64,000 nt of DNA, from NCBI RefSeq assembly GCF_009914755.1, contig NC_060928.1; one strand, written 5' to 3'. The first letter of the stretch is position 1. Each line of letters opens with the position of its first letter. Position numbers and translations under genes: made by a program. Origin of the DNA: the human T2T-CHM13v2.0 reference genome, Homo sapiens. The notes under the pieces were generated by a model, which saw nothing but the letters and a program-made list of their open reading frames with translations, was not told where the DNA came from and did not search any database. Below, one piece after another: positions 28,008-41,050 of this stretch.

Positions 28008-30128
28008 TCAGTAGCAGGCTTCTCCCTCTGGGGATTGGAGAGTTTCTTTACCCCAGCCCTTCCTTAAGCAGAGGTTCTTTTTGTATTCCCAGAAAAAGCC
28101 TTCAGGCAAAAGTTGCATGCTTGCAGTTGGAAGTCAGCTGAAAAGCATTGAAATGAAAAGGTCTGGGCAACACAAGGAAGGCACTCACTAAGTGAGTCAC
28201 TCTTGGCACTCTTTCTTGAGAAGAGAACCTTAAATAGGATTTTTACATTTGAAATTATTCATGGCAAACAGCCATGCATGGCTCCCAAGGGGAAGGATTC
28301 AAACCAATGATAAATTCTGAGAAGTTAAAGTTCTACAATGACTTCTTTCATAATCTTTTGTTTACATAAGGCCATTCACAAAAACCAGACTTGGTGACAG
28401 GATAAGTCAGTATCAGACTTAGTGGTATTGATTAGATAGTCCTACCTTGGATTTAGGTCATTTACATGGTAATTTTAGAAATTATTTTTGGTTGAAATTT
28501 TCACCCAAAATACAAAAATTTTCTTCTAAGAATGGTCTAGATTTCTTACACTGCATACAAAAGAGAGAAACAATTTATGCGTTAAAAATTCTCAGCATTC
28601 TTGTCTAATACATCTTATGATACCATCATTTTCACAAAACCACCTTATTTGAGCTATTTATGCTTTTGTGAATGTTTTCTCCATGTCTAGAATAACCTTT
28701 CTGATGCTCAGTCTAATGTATCTTCTTCAATATTCTTTTCTGCAATATGACTTGATACTAGGTCTTAGGTACTGGATTTACTAATTTATAAAACGACTGA
28801 TAAATATAACAAAACATAAATAAAAACAAAAATTAAAGCAAAATTTTATATCAGTTGTTAGCATGGACATGAGATTGATCAACAAAGTTTTCTTTGTTGT
28901 TCAGCCAAATGTTGAATGGAAATATTCTAAATCATATATTTTTGAAAAAATTACTTGAGTTATTGTACTTTTGTTTCATGATTTGTTGATTTTGTTTTGC
29001 TTTTGTATATTCATGTGTGTGTGTTTTAATAAACATTCTCTCATCCATTCTATTTTGACTTTAATTACATAGACTGATTGAAAAGAGAGTGAAGATTAAT
29101 GTACAAGATAAATTAGTGTTGTCTCTTTTATATAACTTGCTATACAGATAATGATAAGCATTATCAATATATTTTAGTAATTTCTGTAAAAATAAGTGAG
29201 TATGTGAAGATGTGACATGTCATTTACCACTCTCATTAATAACTGACCAATGAGTTGAGCTTTGTTTCATATACCATGACATATGTCTAAGCTGTGGCAG
29301 GCTAACAGTAGAGAAGAACAGGCTCATTTTAGTGCTATTCTCTTTTGTTCCAGGAGGAATCTCACTGCAACAATAAAAATAGATCTATAAATTAGAATAT
29401 TATTAATGGAGTTGAATCTTCTATCATAACCCATGTTTTAAGGATTTAGGCAGCTTAACAGATAAGGTATATATCAAATTGCTATATGGCTATAAATTAA
29501 GAAAACATATTGATAATAGTACTTAGTTAATTTTTGTAATTAAAGTCCAAGTCAACAGAGCTTGTTTGAAATAAAGAATTGATTTATTTCAGTTTCATTC
29601 AAACAATATAAACTGAGGGTTTTCATGTGCCGATCACCCTGCTCAACGCTATGAATGAAACACTACTGTTTGAATCTTTCCCTTTTCTCCAGGAAGCTAC
29701 AACTCATTTGGTGACAATGAAACATCAATATATAAAACAATTTGAGTTGACCATGGAGCTGCTTTTAATCAGCCTAACATAGTTGCTGGAAGCATCTGCT
29801 GAATTAGTTTTGTTCAGCTACAAGTTCAATTCCAAACTTAACATCATTGCCCTTGCTGATGTGGCTCTGAGCCAGGGTAGGCAAGAGGCTAACAAAATTT
29901 GTCCAATTTACTCTAAGCAATTTGATTTAACTGGCAGTTGTTACCTTTGTGTCCCATCTCCAAACAGGCAGATTTAGAGCTTTGCAATATCCAGGCAGGC
30001 TGCACGCCAAGGTGTCAGCACCTCATTGTAACTGCCTGCCCTGGCTCTTCCTACTGTAATCTCTATCAACAGCAAACAGATTAACATTTCACAGTCAAAA
30101 CACAGGGCAGTGGCTAAAACTCCAAGTA

Positions 30129-30137
30129 GTGTGTGTG

Positions 30138-30172
<35 letters not shown>
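30129..30172 (+). repeat. (GT)n microsatellite
   Basis: About 21 units with one TT interruption. Confidence 0.97.
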
Positions 30173-31114
30173 AATAGAAGCTTTTCACTTGTTTGGACAA
30201 TAAAGTAAAATATCTTTCTTGTGTCCCGAACTTGGCAGGAGGCGACGATTTCTCACTGTATTTTTACGACAATGTATACAATTTATAAATCAAAATGATT
30301 TGTAATATTAAGTAGGTGGTACATATGCATAAATACAAAATCCAAACCTCAAATCACCAATTGTGTTGGCTCTAAAGTGGATTATCTTGATTCGGAAGGC
30401 ATTTGGCTACCTACCGCAAGCATAAAAATGTACTTGAGAATGTTCAAATGCAATGTTGCATGGTTGGTTATTCTTTTGCCTAGATGTGCAGTGCTTATTT
30501 ATGTTTGTATGTGTTTGCAATAAGGTTGGAAATATTTTGTTGAATTGTAGAAGCAGGTATCTTTTTTGAAGAGTGTATCTGTTCCACATGCATAACTCAC
30601 TGATAAAATTATGATAAGCCAATACGAGCTCTGTGAAACCATTCTTCTTTTCCAAAATTAGAATTGGCTTTCTCACTTCACCTGACTATCATAAGAATTT
30701 AGGTCATAAAGATCTATGGACCAGGAACATGGTTATTCAATACAAAATCATTGAGTAAATCACCTAGTAAAGACTTTTGTAACTATATTCTGAACAGCTT
30801 TTATATTATGAACGGTAACTGACTATTCTTTTCCAATTTCCTATCTCTTTCCTGACTTTCCTGAATTTTTCTAGCCCATCCATAATTCATATACTTTTTA
30901 ATTTCCCAATAAATTTTACTACTGAATAAGTATGTAAATACACATGATTTACTATTAACAACTATAAAATAATTATATACTAATATAAAAATCATTTCAG
31001 AAATCGTTGTTTGCTAAGAATCATGGTCTGAATTTTGGTAATCGTTTTCCTTGTTATCTTTAACACATGTATATTCAGTCACAATCTTTCAAGAATCTTC
31101 ACAATGAGTGACAG

Positions 31115-31573
31115 TGTATTAATCGCCTAGGGTTGCAAAAATATATCACAAATATAGTGGCCTAAAGCAACAGAAATTTATTCTCTAATAGTTCTGGAAA
31201 AGTCCAGAAGTCTGAAATCAAGGGGTTGGCAGAGCCAGCCTTCCTCCAAGAGCTCCAGGAGGGGATCCTTCCTGGCCTCTTCTAGCTGTTCCTGGTTTCT
31301 TGCATTCCGTGGCTTTCAATCTCATAGGTCTAATCTCTGCTTTCATCCTCACCTGGCCTACTCCCCTGTGACTTTGAGTCTCAGATCTCCCTGTGTCTTT
31401 CTCCTATAACGATATCTTTCAGCGAATTTAGGGTAGACTGGCCTTGTATCCAAGATGATCTCATCTTGAGTAACATAATTACAGCAATAAGAAGTCTGTT
31501 TTTATGAATAAAGCATCATTCACAGGTTCCTGGTGGACATAACTTTTTAGGAACCACAATTCAAGCCACTATA
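31115..31573 (-). mobile_element. MLT1C/B-like MaLR solo LTR
   Basis: CAACAGAAATTTATTCTC...AGAAGTCTGAAATCAAGG...TCCAAGATGATCTCATCTTGAG...ACAATTCAAGCCACTATA. Confidence 0.85.
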
Positions 31574-31982
31574 GGTAGTAAAGAATTTATGAGGATAAAT
31601 GTATTTTATTGTAGAAAGAAACTTAGTAGCAAAATGAGTTATGTCATTAAATTTAAGAAATGTCTATAGGTCAGCCAGACTATGAGGAGAAATGAGTAAA
31701 TGAAACACTATGGTGAGAAGGTGAGGATATAGAATGCTTATTCTTAAGAATATTAAGAATGTTCTTGCAACTGAGTGAAGATATGACTGAAGTTTGGACA
31801 GATATAGAGATGCCAATAGTTATTTTGCAAAGAACCATTCTGGTTATCTAAGTTACAGCAACCTACCCACCTCCTGACTATGATAATACAATGAGAAAAA
31901 TATATATAAATTCTTCCTAATTCTTTCTTTTTTGTACTCGTTAACCATGTCCACCTTCCCTGAAGTTCCCCACGACCCTTTC

Positions 31983-32212
31983 CAGCACAACAGGGTGATA
32001 TAGTCAATAATAACTGAACTATACATTTTAAAATAACTTTAAGGGTGTATTTGGATTATGTGCAATTCAACGGATAAATGCTTGAGGGGATAGATACTCC
32101 ATTCTTCATGATGTGCTTTTTTCACATTGCATTCCTGTGTCAAAATATCTCATGTACCCCATAAATATATACACCTATTATGTACCCACAATTTTTTTAA
32201 ATTGTCATTAAA
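31983..32212 (+). mobile_element. L1MA-type 3' end fragment
   Basis: GGATAAATGCTTGAGGGGATAGATAC...CATGTACCCCATAAATATATACACCTATTATGTACCCACA. Confidence 0.88.
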
Positions 32213-32417
32213 AATATGTATCCAACCAATTGTAGTTAGTGGAAAAGCAATATGATCCAGCTATCTTATACATGGAAGGAAAACTAGAAATTAGTTTTTA
32301 GAAAATATGCACAGCAAAACATGAGATTGCATGAGGAGGATTTTGAAAAATAAATTTGTGATGAAATTGCAAAACTGATAAATTTCCCACTGACTTGCTT
32401 TATATTCATTAGAAATA

Positions 32418-32745
32418 GGCTGGGTGCGGTGGCTCATGCTTGTAATCCCAACACTTTGGGAGGGCGAGGAGGGTGGATCACTTGAGGTCAGGAGTTCGAG
32501 ACCAGCCTGGCCAAGATGGTGAAACTCCATCTATACTAAAAATACAAAAAAAAAAAAAAAAATTAGCCTAGCATGGTGGCAGGCACCTGTAACCCCAGCT
32601 ACTCTGGAGGTTAAGGCAGGAGAATAGCTTGAACCCGGGAGGTAGAGGTGAAGTGAGCTGAGATCTTGCCACTGCACTCCAGCATGGGTGACAGAGAGAG
32701 ACTATGTCTCAAAAAAAAAAAAAAAAAACAAAAAGAAGAAAAGAA
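32418..32745 (+). mobile_element. Alu (AluS-type) with expanded middle A-tract
   Basis: GGCTGGGTGCGGTGGCTCA, dimer, poly-A. Confidence 0.97.
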
Positions 32746-34334
32746 ATTAATTATTTGTGGACCTATGTTGTCTTCCCTGTCTTGTCTGATAATGAGGATA
32801 AGAAAAATCACTAAGTATGATGATTAATTATACATAATGAGAATGCTGAATTTGAAAACATGGTTACCAACCTCAACCACCTCATCACCTCAAGAAGAAC
32901 TGTGTGTAGAAAAGTAAGAACACTAGCACAACATTCTGCATTTTTCTCTACATCTGGATTCCATTTGAGATAGGCTATTTTTGATGAGGGACTTGCCCTT
33001 TTTAGATGGAGATGGAGTAATTAAACATACTTGGATATTTAACTATAAGCTTGTTCGGGGAGTTATAATCCTGGCTCCTCCATCATTCTGATTGATGCGG
33101 GTGTAAAATTTTCTCAGTGTACTTCTAATTCCTGGTTCCACGTCAGGGCCTGAATATCCTTCTCAGAGAAAGAATTAAGAGAAAAAACCAAGTGAACTTG
33201 TTCTGAAATACTGGACTGGTTCAGATAAATTCAAGACATTCACAAAATAAAGACAGATACAACAGTGGTGTTTCTTATAGCTCATGATGTAAAATATGTT
33301 GAGAATTAAGTGACCTAAATGTTTACACACTAACTTGCTCAATAATTATATTTTGAGTGACTATGTTCCTGGCCTATACAGACCATGAACTAAATTCTCT
33401 TGATAGTGAGAAAAATGATCTTAGTTTTATTAAAGATTTAACTATGGATCAGGTCATATTAGTATAGGACACCCAGAATCAGTGATTCTGTTTGTACTTT
33501 AAAAAAGAAAAAAAGACAGAAAAAGACATATTAATGAACTCCTATATATTGCTTATTTCTAAAAGAATATGATATAACATAACTTCTGTTTGAAAAGACT
33601 TGAATAATTTAAGGTATACAAATAGGAAACACTAAAAATTCACCAGAAGAAAGTAGAATATAATTATGACTTTGAGGTTCTCAGCAGATTAAGTAATAAA
33701 TATTCTTTAATTTAGAAATTTGGGTTAAATATATTTTTTCTTTAAGGGCCCTTAGTGAAAAGAAAAATGTGTAAGCCCATTAATCAACTTATTTGATGTA
33801 GAAAAATGGCTCATTAGTTATTTTCCTTGCCGAAAAATCTCATCTTTTTTAATGAGAACAAGCTATGATCCCAGTATTATTTTGTGTTATTAAAATAAAT
33901 GCACTAATTTATTTCTGTATATATTGTAATTCAAAATATTAATTACAGAAAAAAGATCAGAATCCACTATATTAAAGACATCACACTCAGAACTAGTAGA
34001 AATATAGATTAGAACTTGGATACTTCATCTCCTATATGGTATCTGGTATCTATGCTGCTCATAACATAGAATAACGTATTATTGGCAAATGAGCAGCATA
34101 CGTAGTAAGCTATTTAAAAATAACAACAGCCTAAGGAAACAGAGTGAAACATGTTTTTAGAGTAACACACACATACACATTTTTGGAACAAAGTTTCTTA
34201 TATATATCAGAAGCAAAGTGTGTTCCTTTATGTAATTGAAAATAATGGTGCTAAAAACATACTAAATGCAATATATCATGGTTGATTTCCAAATATTTAT
34301 CCTAAAATTCTTAAACACTTTGCTGCCAGATGCT

Positions 34335-34475
34335 ACTTTAAATGCTTTCCAGTATTCACATATTGCTGAAAACCAACCTATGAAGTAAAATTAGTACCGT
34401 ACTTCATACATGAAGAAACACAAAAACAGGAATTAATTTGCCCAAAGCTGCACAGCTAGCACCTGGAAGGACAAA
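34335..34475 (-). mobile_element. MIR fragment
   Basis: CAACCTATGAAGTA...ATGAAGAAACAC...AATTTGCCCAAAGCTGCACAGCTAG. Confidence 0.6.
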
Positions 34476-37089
34476 AAGGGTGACACAGGAGAGTAAAAGA
34501 GAAAACACATTTGAAAGAGTGTTGTAGAACAGTAGGAAAACTAGAATTCTATTTTTTGACCCTTTTAGGTACTCGTGAAAAATCAGATTCACTTAACAAA
34601 TAAATATGTTTCTCAGTATCTTGTAGAGATCTGTGTTTTAACAGTTCCTTCATTTTTTAAATGAGTACAGCCAAGCTAATATTAATAAATTGATGTATAT
34701 GATAAGGAATATAAACATTTTATAACATAGTATCTTCTTATTTTATATGGCCCAGGTATCTTTTACAAACTGAAAAATAATTTTTCTGGTCAGATATTTG
34801 TTAACATATATGCTGTTTAAAATCACATCCAATAATAACATGAACAGTCCCTCAGGGATATTCATTACAACGCAGTATTTTTAATGGTTTTATGGCGCTT
34901 TATATTACAGTTGTTTTTTTCAATCTGGCAACACTCCTGTAAACAAAGTAGATCTTTTGTATCCATTTAAAAATGATGAATCTCATACATAAAGAAGGTA
35001 AATAGCTTCCCCAAATCATGTGAAAGAAAAGCAAAACAAGCAATGAAAGAGACTCAAATATAAGATCATTGATTCCATGTTTAATCCAGTGTCTGTTATA
35101 TTTGATTCTTCTGAGGAAAAATTCTCTGCCTTTAGCTGTGCTATCTGATACAATAATTGGTTTCAGTAAACTACATAAACATTTGGATAAGTGTGTATTA
35201 TAAAGGGAGCAATGTAAGGGGTACTCTGTGGTGAATTATGATTTAGAATTTTATAAGAAACATTTATAAATGTTGGACTAGATAATTTCCTCAGGGTGAA
35301 AATTAAATAAAAAGCTCAATGATGTGTTAGCTACATGTAAAAATAACAAAAATATTCCTACATTTCTCAAATTATGTTAGCTCTGGAAAGGGAATCCTTA
35401 ATTTCTGATTTATTAAATATATGTAAATTTATAGACTTGGCAAACACAGCACCACCAAATGCACCCACAGCCATATGTACATGCAGACACATATCCATGC
35501 CTATGATCCCTCTAGATGCTGTAATATTACACAGAATAATACACAAAATGCTATACAAATGAAGTCAGAATAGATATATTATTGTTCTAGGACTCTAGGT
35601 CTTTAAATTTGTTAATATGCCTGTGCTTAAATAATTCACCAGCTTGAAACCCAAGATTATATCTCTGATTCAATAGATGTGAATCTCTCCCCTTCCATTT
35701 GTAATAAAGAACAGATTAAAGATTTCACTAATGTAAATGATTGAAATTAATCCAGAAAAGCTAAGACAGACCTTTCTAATAAATAAACTGGCTTTAAACA
35801 CTGTTAATCTGATGAGGCTAGGGAGAGTTTAATTAAAATTCTGTCTCCCATTTATCTAGTATTCTGTAGTAAAATAGCTACCAAAACAGCTCAGCTTTCT
35901 CTTTTAACATGATTATTATGTATTTATTTATTTATTTTGGGGTGCTGATTGAACAAAACATTTAAGTTTCAATAGACAAAATGTTCTGTAGACTTTATTT
36001 TTGTTAAGTAGGTGATAAGAATCACAGCTGTGAGGCTAGGCTTTTTTTTGTTTGTTTGTTTTTTCCCCAGAAATGTCCTTTATATTGGTCAAGGGTTAAC
36101 ACTGTATGGAGAATTTGAAACTCTCTTTCTCTCTCTCTCTTTCTCTCTCTCTGTTTGCTTATCAATAACTTTGGTAAAAGATTTTGTGTGGGCTTTTGGA
36201 TTGTGTGTAGATATCATACTTTTTTTTTCCTATTCCAATGCCTAGTATAATTGGGCCTGATATTATTCAAGAGATAAACATCTCCTCTTCAACTGGCCAA
36301 AGGTTAAAAAGAGAAACCAGAAGATACTGCAGGTGGGAACAGGGGACTAAGAGAAATCATTGAGTCTACCCAGTGACCCTGTTGGCCTCTCACGAGGCGC
36401 TGAAGGTAACATAATGTGAGCATTCTATACATATTTTATTAAATGCTCAAAGAAAGATATTTTCAAGGCTGTAAGAAAGTAACAAAATGGACTTCGTCAC
36501 TTGATTCTTGAGTCAGTGATCCAAGTTGGTGGCATGCATTCAGTAAACAAATAAAGATGATTACTATTATTATATTCAAATCCACATTGTACTGTAGTTG
36601 AAAAGATGAGAAATAGAAATATTTTCTAACTAATCCAAGCCTACAAAGATAATCAGCTCTAATTAAAAGAACAAAACCCAAGTTTTGATTGGCTTACCTG
36701 TCTAGCTACTAAACACTATCCTACCAACTAAACCGTTAACAATTTATCTTAATCTTATATAATATTCAGGGGGTTTTATGAAGACACAGTTTATATTTAT
36801 ATTAACACTTTCCAAACTTAGGAATTCCCAAAATTTTATGGAAAAAAAAAGTTTGAACTTAGTGTTGCTGCTTTTGTAGGGACATAATAGACATAATACA
36901 TTTGATCTGGTGAATTTGGCATTTTGGATATGACACATTATACAATAAATACTTATGAGGTAGGAAGTGGGACTCGGCTCTGGAGGCAGGGCTCGGACAC
37001 CAGACCAAATTGAGGACTAGCTAAAAAAGGGATAGGGAGGAAGCAACTCTCCATAAGTCACCCCCACCAGTGTGTCATGTCAGTTTACC

Positions 37090-37103
37090 GTTGCCATGGC
37101 AAC
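37090..37103. promoter_or_regulatory. Perfect palindromic RFX X-box motif in the LTR U3
   Basis: GTTGCCATGGCAAC; motif match only, activity not shown. Confidence 0.6.
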
Positions 37104-37226
37104 ACTGGGTTGGGGGCTGTTACCGTCTCTTTCCATGGCAATGAGCTGATTACCCAAAAGTGACTACACCTTACCTAGAAGTTTCTGTGTAAATCACCCC
37201 TTAATCTACATGTAATTAAAAGCAGG

Positions 37227-37234
37227 TATAAATA
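37227..37234 (+). promoter_or_regulatory. LTR TATA box
   Basis: TATAAATA about 120 bp upstream of the LTR AATAAA. Confidence 0.6.
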
Positions 37235-39162
37235 TGACTGCAAAACTGCCCTGAGCTGCTACACTCAGCATGCTACCTGTGGGGTAGCCTTGCTCTTCAG
37301 GCGCAGTCACAGAGCTATAACACCTCAGGAGCTGTAATACTGCCACTTTAATAAAGCCGTTTTTTTCCTACCCTATGACCAGCTCACCCTTGTCTTCTTT
37401 CCTGGGCAAGCCCAGAACCCTTGCAGGATAAGCCCCACCTTGTGGCTTGTTGGCCCTGCATCAGTGTGGTGCCTGGCCAGGGGCAAAGAGAGAAGATGGT
37501 GGCAGGAGAAACAGCAAGAGAAGTAGCAGTTAGCAAAACCACAGTGAGAGAAGCAGCAGTCAGTGATCCAAGGGTCGGCAGTTGGCAATCAGCAGGTGGC
37601 ATTGGTAAATGGCTGGTTGGCAGTCAGTGGTATGGAAGTTGGCAGGATGGCAGTAAGCAAGACGGCAAGAAAAAGCGATCTGCAGCACGACAAGCTGGGA
37701 GACGATGAAAGGTGGTGAAGCAGAGCTGTTAATACCTAAAAGCTAAAACACCAACCAAAGGCTCTTTTCAGAGCCATCGTTTTCCTTGGCCAACAGGGGA
37801 ATTGAGCAGACAGGCAAGCAGCCATAGTGTCACTGTCTCGTGTGAGACTTGTAGTGCTGATCAGCAGGTGGGTGGGTAACCAGCCCCTGTGCCAGCCTCT
37901 CTCACCACTGCAGCTGAGCCCATCAGCAGCCATAGTGCCACTGCCTCGTGTGAAACACGCTGCTCCAACTGGCAGACTGGTGGGTTACAGTCTCCATGCT
38001 GGCATCTCTCACCATGGCAGCTAATCCCACCCAAGCTGAGGGATCCTGGAGAGATCATCATGCAGGTTTCCATGTGGAATATTGTCAGCACCATTTGGCT
38101 CTGGTGGATGGGTAAGTGTCCCCTCTGCCCCCACCCCCATAGTATCAGGAGAACTAAGGAATAAAATAAAAGCCTTTGGCCAGGTGATCAGTTTGAAGCC
38201 CCCATGGTTTGAGTGCTCCAAAGCATGTCCTCATCACCCCTTCCCCTGTTCCTTTCTCCTCTGACTCCATTTTACTGTTCCATCAGTCATTTTATTTTCA
38301 GTTTTAAAATGTATGTTTTGTTTGCAGTCTTGTTTGCTTTTAACTTTGTGTTACCTGTGTTTTGGCAATTGTTTAAGGCAGGACACTTGGTTTTGAGAGG
38401 TCCCCCATTTTGTTGGCTCTGGGATGTTACAGTCGTATTGTTTGGTGACCGCAACTTGGTCTTGGGTTCACCGTCAGCCACCCCCTTGGGTGTCCCAGGG
38501 GTCTTCGCATTTGATGTGGGAAACTTCACTGGCTGAAACTCAGGCACTCTGGGTTTTCAGCATTGGTTTTAACCACCACTGGATGCTCTGAGGTATTCAG
38601 CATTGAAATTCTCTCTTGGATTGTGAGTTATATACCTTCCCCTTAGGGAAGTATCAGTCTTGCCTTTTGATGCCTTGAAGTTAGATATATTATTTTTCTA
38701 ATAGCCAGTTGCAAGCCCCTTTCTGTGTGTTGTCTCACAACTGCCTTGCTCAAGTCCCTCTTGGTCAAAGGAACTGGGAGTTCCCAGGCTCCTGGACAGA
38801 TTGATAGGCATATACAGCGGTAGACAAGCGGAGACCTGATTTTTTTTTCTTTTTTTGGTGTCTCTGATACTGGGTAGGTTCTCCAACAGGTCACAGCCCC
38901 TGAGGTCTTCCCTTGGGGAGCACTATTAACTCCCTTCCCTTCCTCCCTTCCACTGTCACTATTTGTTTAGCCTCTCTCTGCCCAACCCTCACTCTGTGGA
39001 ATTTAGACTCAACATGCAACTGCCCTTTTGTAGCTGGTAATCTACTTTAGTAACACCTTGCTATGTATGTTTTGTAGAAAGTGGGAAATTAGAAGGGAAA
39101 AGTAACTAAGTATTTGCTACATGTAGGCTAACTGTAACTCACTGTAGAGATCTTTACTAGAC

Positions 39163-40704
39163 ATGCGGACAACAGCAAGCATCCCAAAAGTCTTGCCACT
39201 GGGGTGTTCTTTAGACAAATGGAGAAAATTCCAATTATTGGACAAATTGAAAAGAAAGAAAACTCATTTACTACTGTAATAATATTTGGATGCAATACAA
39301 ATTGGTAAGCCAACAGATTGACCTAGGCATGGTTCTTTATGTTCTAATGATATTGTACACTTACATTGGCTTTGTAAAAATTAAGGAAAATGAGAAGTTT
39401 CTGATGTGCAGGATTTTATGGCCCTCTACCAAGATCCTAACCTAAAGGCTAGCTGTAGAATGTGTCTGGCTCGTGATACTCCCAGGCACCCAGAAGCTTT
39501 ACCGGACATCCTAGATGACCCCTTCCTAGCTGCTCCCCCTAGGAGGCCTATGCTTCCCCCTCATTCAGAACCTCCTCAGTCCCCTAGTTCTGAGGGGTGC
39601 TCCACCAGTCCTCCAGCACAGGATTCCACCCAGGATCATCAGACACCCCTTCCTCTTATCCAACAAACCCTGGCTTATATCCCCTACTGCCTGAGAGGTA
39701 AGCCCAATGAGTCTGCCAGGACTGGGTCCCCATATCAGCCCCCCAAATTGAACTTGTGTCCATTCCAGAAGATAGCTGACAAAGATGGAGGAACAATGAG
39801 TATAGGTGCCTTTTTCCATGTCTGATCTGGCTTTATGACAGGAAAAATTTGATCAGTTTTTGGAGGATCCAGGGAAGTTTGTAAAGGTGTTTGATAAGTT
39901 CACGGTATCTTTAACTTGACTTAGCATGACATGCAAATATTATTATCCACTTGCACCATAGAGGAAAAACAAAGAATTCTAAGTACTGATCATCAACATG
40001 CAGATGGAGCGGCTATGCATAACCCAGGCCATGACATTTATTGTGTGGCAGGAGGTGCAGTTCTAGATCTAGACCCTTGACAGGATTTCCAGAGAGGATC
40101 ACAAAATCTTAAATGCAGATATCATATACTAACTTGTTTAATAGATGATATGGAAAAGCGTGTGGTGAAGCCCGTTAACTATAATAAGGTGAGAGAAATA
40201 GGAGAAAGATGAAAATCCCACTCTATTTCAGGGCCACTTGGTTGAGGCACTCAGGAAATATACTAACATAGCCCCAGACTTTTCAGAAGCATGAGCTCTT
40301 CTGGGTGTGCATTCTATTATTCGGCCTGCCTCTGACATTAGGAGGAATCTACAAAAGGAGCATTGGGACCATAAACCTCCATGAGCTAACTCTTACACAT
40401 TGCCTTTGGGGTTTATAATAATGGGGACAGGGCAGAAAAAGAGGTAAAAATACAAAGAATTGGCCTAAAAGTACAATTGTTAGAGGCTGCTTTAGGCCCC
40501 CTGCTGCCTCAGAGTTATTTATCTCAAGGAATGAGTGAGATCAGCACCTAGGACACTCAGATGAGAGCCCCCCACTCGCTGGCCTTGAGGCCAAAATTAG
40601 TGTGCCTTATGTAAGCAAGAAGGCCACTGGAAGAGAACTGCCCCAGGCTTACGAGGGATCCTGAGATACCCAGACCCATAGTGGCCAAGAAAGCAGAGGT
40701 TTGA
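39163..40704 (+). pseudogene. gag: Decayed gag (gammaretrovirus-like)
   Basis: MA-like SIPK..PLGC..W..F, CA PFSMSDL and EDPGKF, MHR-like KDENPTLF..L.EALRKYT (~40205), zinc knuckle CALCKQEGHW (40601), terminal TGA-CGG; many stops and frameshifts. Confidence 0.88.
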
Positions 40705-41050
40705 CGGGGCCTGAGGTCCTCTACAGCTCCCACTGGACACCTTACCATCTCCATAGAGGAGCCTTCATTAACCCTTGATGTAGCAGGCAAGAATACGTAT
40801 TGGACACAGGAGAATCATACTCAGTCCAATCGTACGTATTGGACACAGGAGAATCGTACTCAGTTGTAACATATTTCTCAGGGCCACTGTCTTCCCAGTC
40901 TTGTACAGTAAGAGGAATTGATGGCCAGCCAAAAGTTAGAAAGTTCACCAACCCCCTTGGTTGCACCATGGGGGATCATATATTTTCCCACAGGTTTTTA
41001 CTCATGCCTGAGTGCCCTATCCCTCTACCCCATTAGGGGCTACAATTCAG
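40705..41050 (+). pseudogene. pro: Decayed aspartic protease
   Basis: EPSLTLDVAGK, duplicated LDTGESYSV, GIDG flap, FLLMPECPIPL; GRDLL motif missing. Confidence 0.9.

Larger units (their letters stand above)
36956..37463 (+). mobile_element. 5' LTR, LTR9 family (ERV1, HUERS-P3)
   Basis: TGAGGTAGGAAGTGGGACTCGGCTC...ACCAAATTGAGGACTAGCTAA...CCCTGCATCA; TATA 37227, AATAAA 37350; followed by TGG PBS-like sequence. Confidence 0.85.

Noticed and set aside
39406-39825. 139-aa proline-rich ORF
   Set aside because: Fragment of decayed gag with stops on both sides; no intact viral protein.
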